Shown here one piece after another: positions 1 to 9,837 of a DNA stretch of 64,000 bases (position 1 is the stretch's first letter; each line of letters opens with the position of its first letter). This stretch comes from Chlorokybus atmophyticus. Lineage: Eukaryota > Plantae > Mesostigma and Chlorokybus algae. The position numbers and the translations under genes are program-made. The stretch covers positions 496,001-560,000 of the forward strand of contig RHPI01000810.1 in the NCBI GenBank assembly GCA_009103225.1, written 5' to 3'. The notes beneath the pieces were generated by a model. The model saw nothing but the letters and a program-made list of their open reading frames with translations, did no database searches and was not told where the DNA came from.

Positions 1-3000
1 CCCTCCTCGCCCTCGCCCTCCCCCCCTACCGCCTCCCCTGCCCGCACGACCGCCAGGTACAGGCCTGCGCTCCCTGCCTCCTCGCCCCCCTCCTCCTCGC
101 CCCCCACGCCCACCCCGCCCCCCTCGCCCACCACCACCGCCGCGCTCATCATCACCACTGTGGTCCTCACCACCACCATTGCTCTGGCGCCCGCCACCCC
201 TGCCCCTGCCCCTGCCACCCCTGCCGCGGCCTCCGGCACCTCTACCCCCCGCAACGAAACGGATCTCCTTGCTGCCGCTTACGTTGCGGTTGCCCCCGAA
301 CGAAGCCTGCGCGCCACCCCGCGACACGCGCTCCTCCAGCGGCATCGCTTGCGCCTCGGACAGAGTCTCGTTCGTGCGGAAGGCGCGCGCATGCACGTCG
401 TCCTTGACCTCGTAAAACCTGAAGTTGTTGTTGATGCGTGAGCCAATACAGCCACAGCAGCTCATGCAATCAACTACATGATTGTCAACAGACTACCAAT
501 ATACCTTGGTTGACTGTCCTTTTTATGATTAATAGCTGCTTCTGCTCTCCTGGGCTTCTTTGCAACTCGCCTTGGCCTTTCTTCCTCTTCCGATTCATTC
601 TCTGATCGGTCAGACTCATCCCGTCCGCTGGTATCGGCCTCTTCATCACTATCAACCAGGTCGAAGTGCTCGCGCAAGAGCGTCTTTGCGTCCACTTTGG
701 GAGCGTTCGGATGCAGCATCCGGTACTCTGCCGATTCTTGATTAACAGCAAAGTTCTGCAGCACACCCATACAAACGTCATCAGTCACAACACCACTAGT
801 AGCTACTATCAATGAGACAGCATGCTCTCAACAGGACAGAGCATTGCTAGTAAACTCACCCTGTCTTTGAAGAGGCTGCTGAACCTCTCGTCTTGCAGCA
901 GAGCGCTTGCGGCTGGGCCTTCCTTGCGCTTTTTGCCGCCTTCAAACTCATCTGTTAGCAAACGGGCTGCCATGTCTTTGTTAACCTTGGGCAGCTTCCT
1001 CTTGACCTGCGATGCGCGACACTACCAGTGAGCACGCAATAATCGCTCATATCACCACTACATGTGACCATTGTCACAGGCGCAGTGCCACGCATTTCAA
1101 AACTTGTGGCTGAAACAATCATTGGCTTCAACAAAAGCTATGCTACAACCATAACAGATAACACCAAACTGCATCGCCAAACTGACCGTTATGCGTGATG
1201 CGCGCTCCGCTTCTATTTTCTCTGCAACCTTCTGCTCCCTGTACTTCTCATATGCAAACGGATCCACCAAGTTCTTGGCCTGCAATGCAGCAGCGAGCCG
1301 TAAGTTGCAACTCAAACACCCACGAAGGACAAATTTGCTCACTGCGCCCACACCACACCTTATGGTATAGCCGGTTGTCCACAAAAAACCCATGCATGTA
1401 CGCCCTCAGCAGGTCCGTGCCGATGAGGTGGCTCATAGCCAGGCGATCCAGTTCCTCCCTGGTTACAAACCTGAAGTCGTCATACACTGCCGGCTGTTTG
1501 TCCTCCTCAAGCTCTTCCTGTTACACCAGCACTGAAGATGTTCACCCACGAGAAGCTGCGTGTGTTCGCGTGTGCACGTGCGAGCGTGTATATGTCGATG
1601 TCAGTGCGTTGTAATCGGTTTGCAAACACGCAATTTACCGTGAGGTTTTCTAGGAATGAGCACCACTTGGGAGCTGGTCCCAGCGCTGGTACAAAGAACG
1701 CCTGCAGCTTGGGAGCATCCATGGCCATGACGACCAGGCCGCTGTCTTTGAGCACGCAGACGTCGTTGATGTCTCCAGACCCTTCCGCCGGCTCTATGGA
1801 GGTGAAGTTGTCACCCTGTCACAGAAGCTGCATCAGCTCTGCTGTCCACGCCAGCTTTCGTGCATGCACGGGCACGTACCGTTGCACAGCTCCAGATTTT
1901 GCATATCTTCGTGTCCGAGGAGATGATGTGGCGAGCGGACTGATCGATGCCGGTGTGGAAATGGAGGCTCTTGATGGGGTACCCATACCTGTCAACAACC
2001 TTATGAGCTTGCACCTGACAGGAGAGCGCATTCGCAATCAACTTCTTCCTGTTGCCAATAGACTCAATTTCTCTTGCAAGTAATGCATATTTGCTTACAT
2101 GTGGTCTTTGGTGAGAACAGGCCGCGAGGAGCGCAGGTCATACAGCAGCACCTGCGCACATACCACAACACTCATGAGCGATTTGGAAAACGAAGGAGAC
2201 ATACTTGTAACTACATCCTTCCTGTAGGGTCTCAAATCGAAGTGATGTGCGCCTCACCTTGCCCTCATCAGTGCCAACTGCAACCGACATTCCATCCTGA
2301 CTGTCAAACTTCAACGCAGTAATTTGCTGCACAATCACAGATGGACATTCAGACTACTGTAGTGGTAGTTGTCCACTGAGTTGGCCACAGCAGCCAGCAT
2401 GTACGTCAATTCCATGAGCTGGCGTGCATGTGTTGTGTACGCAATGCAATGTGTGAGTATGTGCGCGCTTGCATGCTTGCGCACGCACGCACGCACGCAG
2501 ATGTACACACATCTGTGTGTGTTGGCACCTGGCTTGCATCGCCTGCGGCTAAGATGCGACCAATGGAGCTTCGTTGCCTCATGTCAAAGCATTCAAGATA
2601 CCCATCGTCTCCGCCGCAGCCAAACAGCCCATGGACTGAGCTGCAACAGTGCTCACGTTATTAAACACGTAATCAATGCATGCACTCATGTGCATACACA
2701 GAATACCACCACTATGCAACTATGGATGCAAGACAGAGCGAGTACATGGCACAGGGAAGGACAACTGACCTGATGTCGCACACATTGAGGCCTGGGCTTG
2801 AAGTTATCAAAGGCGCAAGAAAACGACCCTGACGACCCCACAGACATGAGCAAGCATGCATCATGAACTTGGGCATAAGCATATGGTTGATGATTGAATG
2901 TCACTTGAAGCTACAGAGAAGCGCTCTCTACCTGTTCAAGATTCAACCTGTACACTTCAGGAGCGCTGGCCGCCACGAGGAGGTCGCAAGAGTTCCTGTC

Positions 3001-3878
3001 GTAAGACATGTCCCTGCCTTGCCTGCATGCGATTGCACGGGTGAGCAACATGCACCTGTTGGCGCACTTGCAAGACATGCGAGAAGAATGTAACGCTTGC
3101 CTTGGTATGCGCGTCTTGTAGTACGATCCAAACCGTGCGTGAAAGAATATGGAACGATCAGCGCCGAGGAAAGCCATTTTGGAGTAGTCATCGCTAAGAA
3201 CCTGAACAGTTAGGAGTCATGTTGTGGATGAACTACAACTGTTTACCCAACTCTGGCCCATGTTGCATGATTGACCCTAAGTTATGCAAGCTGCGCTCAC
3301 CTGCATCTGCACCACTTCTGCATCAACGTGACGCTCGAACTTCATTGAAAGCTGGCTAAATTCGTACACGCGTATCTGTGACAGCAAAGTGTCGGAGTCA
3401 AGCACACACCAGACTACCAGGCTGGCATACATTCCTGGGCCTAGCTGCAAGCGGTGCGCAGCTATATAACAAACTACGTGTGCAGCGAATTCAACTTCAT
3501 AAGTTGGGCTTGCATGCAACGCCAGTTGTGCTAGCATGTAACGTCTCTTGTTGATTCTTCGTTCACAACTTGCTTATTTTTACCTGCGTGTTGTGGCCAT
3601 ACTGTGTTAACCACCTGTACATCTATGGACAGCACACTCACCTGAGGTGGGTATATGCCAGAAGTCACGAGGAACTGGGAGTCCGGGGTCTCTGTGAGCC
3701 TCTGCGAGGCAGCACTGAAGGAGAGGTCCTGTATGAGCTCCACCCTGCGAAGGTAGTCCTCATCCTTCTGCAGCGTCTTCTTCTTCTTGGCCGTCAGCCA
3801 CTCCGGCAAGCTCTTGCCGCCGCTCACGCTGTACACCTTGACGCCGTTCAACGCCGACACCCTCAAAGTCGAAGCCAT
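1..3878 (-). CDS. NOL10: Nucleolar protein 10 / Enp2 (WD40 + NUC153, SSU processome factor); multi-exon, 3' end runs off the window
   Basis: Exons read MASTLRVSALNGVKVYSVSGGKSLPEWL..RRVELIQD, YYKTRIP..RDMSYDRNSCDL..VYRLNLEQ, FFVPALGPAPKWCSFLENLT, YDDFRFVT..LLRAYMHGFFVDNRLYHK, VDPFAYEKYR, FAVNQESAEYRMLHP and FYEVKDD. These match NOL10/Enp2 motifs in the correct order. ATG at 3878-3876. Confidence 0.95.
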
Positions 3879-4265
3879 CACGCCAAACTAGACTCACAAG
3901 TTCTTACAACCACAAGCCACGCTTCCCCATCCTTCACCCCGTCCTTCGCCTCCTCCTCCTCCTCCTCCTCGGCCGCCGCCGCCGCCACCGCCGCCGCCGC
4001 CAGGCCAATTGACCATCTATTGTCCCACAGGTTCAGATTGCAGACTTGCTTACCATCTGGTGTCCAACAAAACCCTAAACCTCCTACCAATTGGTGAAGC
4101 GGCGGTAGTATTAGTGGTGTCGTCGTTGTCGTCGTTGTCGTTGTCGGCGGTGGCGGTGGGCTTATAGGAGGATCTAAGAGGATGAGGAAGCGACGGAAGG
4201 CTGGTTGACGTAGCGTAGTGGAGCGGGCTGTTTTGCTGCTTGTCGCTGTATAGCAGCAGGGCAAG
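3879..4265. promoter_or_regulatory. Shared divergent promoter/5' UTR region of NOL10 and BRF1
   Basis: Only 387 bp separate the two divergent start codons. Contains GCC/TCC/GTC microsatellites and a telo-box AAACCCTAA at 4070-4078. Promoter function is inferred from geometry. Confidence 0.55.
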
Positions 4266-7200
4266 ATGGTGTGGTGCGGGAGCTGCAAGGCGGATGTCCA
4301 GGTGGAGGTGGAGGAGTCCGGCGGGCTCGTGTGCTGCACCCTCTGCGGGCGAGTACTTGAGGACCATGTCTTCTCTACGGATCCCACATTCTCGAAGACT
4401 GCCGGAGGCGCATCGCAGGTTGGTGTTGATGCCTTTTGTCCTCAGGTTGGCCTTTGGTTCGTACCATTCAGGATAATGACGTCATGTTGAGTTTGTTGGC
4501 AAAGTAGGCCTATGTCACCGCCAAGTCTCTCATTGGCATGAGTCACAGCATATATATTAAGCTGCTCAATGATTGTTTGTCGCATTGCGTGCCTCTCTTC
4601 GCCTCTCTTTTTGCTTACACGAAATATGCCACAACGTACATTTTGGCATTCGCGCCTTCCGTATGTGTCTGCATTACTTCACGACGCCTTCCTTGAAGTG
4701 AACAACATGTGCCTGCATGAGTGGCTCGGCAACGTGGCTAAAGGCACTGCGACATACACATGCACAAGCCTGTACAACGTGGCGCATGCTGACAAGTAGT
4801 TTCACGTGCCTGCTTTCCAACTGCTTTTGCAGGTGGATGGCGTCTTCCTGTCCGATGCACAAGGCCAAGCCAGTGCTCTGGGCATGCACCGGCCCGGTGG
4901 CGGTGGTGGAGGTGGCGGCAGGTCGGGTCCGAGGCTGTACGGCTTGCATGTGGACTCCCACGAGCGCACGCTGTCCAAGGGCAAATACGAGCTGACTCAG
5001 ATTGCCGAAAGACTTGGTCTGCGCCCGCGCGAAGAGCTGGTCGGATCCGCACATCGTATCTACAAACTTGCTGTAATGCGCCAGTTCACAAGAGGCAGAC
5101 GCACCAATCAGGTGACTTACTTATGAAGTACATGAGCAACATATGGTAACCGTATGTGCATCCACACAATGCGGTTATTATATGTGTGTTTGTATGCCAA
5201 CACATGAACCATTTGTTTATCGTGGCGCACATAGTGCACGCAAACACGCACTCCCTACCGAGGTTTTGTGTCTCACTGACATATAGTTTTGTTGCAGGTG
5301 GCCGCTGCTTGTTTATACTTGGTGTGTCGGCAAGAGAATCGCCCATTCATGCTAATAGATTTCTCAGACAGTTTGCAGACCAACGTGTTTGTGTTGGGGG
5401 CGGTGTACCTGCACCTGTGCCGTCTTCTGCGTCTGGACCAGCATCCTCTACTGCAGCGCCCGGTGGACCCGTCCCTGTTCATCCATCGCTTTGCTGACCG
5501 CCTTGACTTCGGCAAACGCATGCACCCGGTTGCGAACACGGCTCTGCGACTTGTTGCCAGCATGAAGCGCGACTGGATGCAGACCGGGAGAAGGCCCAGC
5601 GGCATTTGCGGGGCGGCGCTGCTCATCGCAGCACATGCGCACGGGTTCGAGCGCAGCAAAAGAGATGTTATTGCGGTACATCCATGCATAGTACTCGTTG
5701 CCCTGAAGGAAGCTCCCGGATAGCATGGCATTGTATACAGCTGTCTTGCATGGTGAGTTTTGTGCATCCCTCATTGCAGGTAGTTCATGTATGTGAGGCC
5801 ACTTTGAAGAAGCGCTTGACAGAATTTGAGTCCACTGAGGCGAGCGCGTTGACAATCAGCGAGTTTGAGCAGCAGGCGAAAGAGCTGGAAACTCAGCTTC
5901 AACTGGAAGAAGCCGCTGCGCAGGCTGGAGAAGGAGAACTCACTTGCGAGCACAAGGATTCCAATGAGCCGCACTTTGCCCGCGGCATGTGCGCAGCGTG
6001 TTACCGCGAGGTACCTCACTGCTGCGTTGCGCAGCGATTGTTCGCTTCACTGTTGTTTGCTTCGTTGTTGATGCCATTGTCTATTCTACAGTTTATTCAA
6101 GTCTCCGGAGGACTTGGTGGCGGGGTGCCGCCAGCCTTCTTGCGCGCAGAGAAGAAGCGACTCAAGGCGCTGATGGTCACTGAAGCAGAAGCTCGCTTGC
6201 GACTAACGGATGGCGCAGAGACAAATGACGTGCTTGCGTTGACGTACCGCGACGGGTCGGCGTTAACCGCTGCAGATGAAGTGGAAGAGGTGCGCTGGTA
6301 GGTCAAGTGGTAGTATCACTGTCTAACGTGCACAACATCTCTTACAAGGTATGGTAATCTCATGTTGTCTGTGAGCTTGAGTGGTGCATGCATCATGCAC
6401 ACACACATGCTCGCACGCATGCATATGCGGTTGTCACACCTTATGCAACACTACTATCAGGAGATGAATGCGACCCTTGGCGGCGGCGACTTGGAAGACG
6501 CTCTCACCTCTATGTCGAACCCCGGAGAAGCCCCGGCGGCAAGTGCGCCGCCCCTTGCGCAGCGGAGACCCGGAGTTCATCGGCTCGGCGGCATGCGAGA
6601 TCTGCCGCCGCCGCTCCCCCCACGACCACTGAAACCGCGCAACACCACGAGACCACAACCCGCAGCACCGTCACCATCGCAAGCAGAGGCACAAGCACAA
6701 CCACAGGCACAGGCACAAGCACAGACACAAACGCAATCACAAGCTCTTGCGCAGAGCAGTCAAGATTTGGGAGCTTCACCTGTACCAAATGCCTCTGGTC
6801 CTGGCAGGCCTGATGCCGGCAACGTTGCTGCCGCACACGTTGAAGGTAATAGCGCTGCAGCAGAGACTGTTGTTGGTGGCACGGAGAATGGAACGCAGCT
6901 TGATGCGAATGCTGGTGCAATTGTTGTGCACGAGGGTGCTGAGCACGAAGAGGAGCAGAAGGCTGCTGATGAAGACGTGGACACGCTGTCGGATATCGAT
7001 GACGATGAAGTGAACGGTTACATTCACAGCAATGAGGAGGCAAAGGTCAAGGAGTTGGTTTGGTCGGAGCTCAACAAGGAGTACATCGAAACCCAAGCTG
7101 TCAAGGCGGCGGCGCTCGCCGCCAGCGAGCTGGCTCAAGCGAAGGCAGCGGCGGACAACACCGCTACGCCGGAAGAACTTGCCATCATTGCGGCCAACAT

Positions 7201-7783
7201 GAACAAGGTGAAGAAGGAACGCAAGCGCAAGGCTCCAGGCGAAAGCAAGGGACCACCGGCCTCCGCAGCTGCAGCAGCGACGCAGATGCTTGCCAGCAGA
7301 AAGCTGAGCTCCAAGGTGTGGTGCTTGTTCAACTTTTATGCATACATGCATGTGCACAAGCATACATTGCATAGCAACAGCACCTGCACCAGCATGCTGC
7401 AGTGCACTCAATGCTCGCTGGCGACACTGCCAGCGAGCATTGAGTGCACTGCAGCATGCTGTGTAAGATTCTCAAAAGTTGAAGGGCATGCATGATGGCT
7501 TTTGCAGGTCAATTACACTGCTCTGGCGCAGCTGTTTGAAAGCGATGCGGCTGCGGAGCAGCCGCCAGCTAAACGGGCGGCATCCAAGCGCGTTCAGTTT
7601 GTGGATGAAGTGGCCCACAAAGTGGAGCCGGGATCAAAGCCAACAACAACTGGAGCGGATGATGATGAAGACGAGGAGGAAGAGGAAGAGGAGGTCGCGC
7701 CTCAGGTGGACGGGAATATTGATTCTGCTTTCAGGCTGCCTTATGAAGCAGCCATGGCTGGAGGTGACTATGACTACGATTAG
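4266..7783 (+). CDS. BRF1: TFIIIB 90 kDa subunit BRF1 (Zn ribbon, two cyclin folds, Brf1 TBP-binding domain); multi-exon
   Basis: MVWCGSC..CTLCGRVLEDHVFSTDPTFSK zinc ribbon; QFTRGRRTNQVAAACLYLVCR; LIDFSD..NVFVLGAVYLHLCRLL; VDPSLFIHRF; RDWMQTGRRPSGICGAALLIA; EATLKKRLTEFEST; LSDIDDDEVNGYI..EAKVKELVWSELNKEY; SSKVNY. TAG at 7781-7783. Confidence 0.95.
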
Positions 7784-7917
7784 TGGACTATTCCGTGTAA
7801 AGTACGCATTTGTTGTATAATATTAGCTTGCATGTAAAGTGAATGTCTACAAAGTTGTGTGGCAGCGTCTTGTCTGCAACACTGTCACAGCGTTGAGTTA
7901 TGTGTCTCGTGCAAGGA

Positions 7918-9618
7918 TTAGAAGAAGTCCTCTTCACTGCCTTTGTCGTTGAATTTTCTTCTCTCGAACAACTTGCTCGCATCCTGCTTCTCGGCAGCAG
8001 TTGGTTCCTGAGCTCTTGTAAGGCTGGCCAACCGCTTAGCGCGCTCTGCCTCAAATTGGGCGACAGCAGCTTTAGCATCGCTCAACACGTTGGTGGGCAC
8101 TGTTGCCAGTATTCTGCAAACGTATGTGCTTGTTTGAGAGAAGCATGCGTGCAGGCTTCCAGAATTCATGCAGGGCAGAGCGGTGGTGACACTAATAAGC
8201 AGTGGATCACAACCACAACAACGTACATGTCCAGTTTGGCAACCGCATCCATTAGGTTGGCTTTCATATCATCTAGCGCAGGAGCTATCGATCGTGCTGC
8301 CGTCAACAGCTGAATATCCAGCCGTTCCAGTGAACTGCCGAATACAACATGTACACAAATCAACATCCTGGTGAGCCTCAAGCAACCAACCAAGTGAGAA
8401 ACGCACCACAAAAGCGATGAACTAGGTTGCCTTTAACAAACCTGAGACAAGACTCGGCTGTCTTGGGAGCAGAGGATGAAATGTCCGCCTCAGCAGCATA
8501 CTCAGCGAGCTGCAATGACAAACGGTTGGCTTACAGTTTCAGGAAACAACATACCATTCACTTGAAGCAGCACACACGCACCGCACGCAGGTCGGTTCGC
8601 AAAGTTGCTGCCGAGCCTTCCTTCAACAAGGACCGCGCCGCCGTGTACGCTGGCGTTTCGAGCTGCAATGCCTCCTCTGCAAACACGTCAACACGTGGAC
8701 ACAGAGTGTGTAAGCATAGAGAGACCCTTCTTGTAAACAGACATCGCATATCAACAAGACTCTTCTGGCATGACCTTTCAATCAATCAATGATAGAAACC
8801 GGTACCTACTGCGAGCAACTGGCCTCTTGCCAGCAACACGGTGGGCACATATGTTTCTATCGGGTCTTTCTGTCTCCTGCGTTAAGTTGCGAGTTAGGTT
8901 GCGAGTTGTTGCTTAAAGAATGAGGACTACACCAACAGCTGTGAGGCATCAACTCGGCTTGCTGCTCACTTCTTAATGTACTGGCTAAGTCCGCGCGGGC
9001 GCTTGGTCCCCTGCTCAGCTGCAGTTCAATGGGCGCAACACAAGGCATCAAGGAGAAAGTAAAGAAGTGCTATCGCATTCTAAGCAATGTGACTGCGACA
9101 AACAACCCTGCTACCAAATGTAAGGAAGGGGGGAAACTAAGGAGAGCACATTGCACGAAACAATGACTGCAAGGCGCTTCACAGCATTCTGTGTTTGAGC
9201 ACGAAGCGCATATTGAGATACGCGTAGCCTTGCATGCTCCCCAAATGTCGTTACCATTGAGTTGTCTACTGTTGACAGCAGTGCAATAAAAAAGCAAGTA
9301 ATGCAGCTCAAGCTCTCTCTTACCGCAACGGCCTTCAGGTGCACTGAGCAGCGCCGGCACAGCAGCAGCAGCGACGGTGGCAGCAGTCAGAAGGAAGCTC
9401 CGCCGCCGGCTGACTGTACCATGCTCGACCTGCTGCTGCGGCTGCTGTTGGCAGCTGCATGCATGGGACGGCCACACCTGCACGGTAGTTGATAATGGTT
9501 GCGCGGGGAGTGGCCGTCCTTTGAAACTGCTGGAAGGCGGCCCTGACGCCGCAGCTACGCCCAGCGACGAGGTGCAGGGCATCCACAACGACACCGTTGC
9601 CGCCGCCGCCGCCACCAT
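7918..9618 (-). CDS. Conserved green-lineage plastid protein of unknown function, probably thylakoid-lumenal (recalled as the Arabidopsis At2g36145-like family)
   Basis: The N-terminus is transit-peptide-like, followed by a twin-arginine RRRSFLLTAATVAAAAV signal. Spliced exons give GLSQYIKKRQKDPIETYVPTVLLARGQL..PAYTAARSLLKEGSAATLRTDLRA..LAEYA..SLERLD..ILATVPTNVLSDAKA. Family assignment is from memory of this motif string, not from a search. Confidence 0.7.
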
Positions 9619-9837
9619 CGTGAAGCACAATCAGCCACGCATGCACTAGCGAGCACTGACGTGCATGCGATCAAGTGGTGCCAGGCGGCGGCTGAGGAGG
9701 AGGAGGAGGGAGATGAGGTGGAGGACGCGGCGGATCATAGGAGGATTGTACTTACAGCTGTAGCTGCTGGCTGACGCTACACGGAGCAGCTGGGTTTTGC
9801 TTGTCTCTTGGTCTGAGCTTCGCACAACCAGCAGAGG

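Noticed and set aside
3888-4056. ATG-only first exon for NOL10 (ATG|GTAAGC at 4056, in frame with an AG at 3889-3888)
   Set aside because: In frame, but the putative intron looks like GC-rich 5' UTR with no pyrimidine tract, and ATG 3878 already matches the family N-terminus. Needs RNA-seq.
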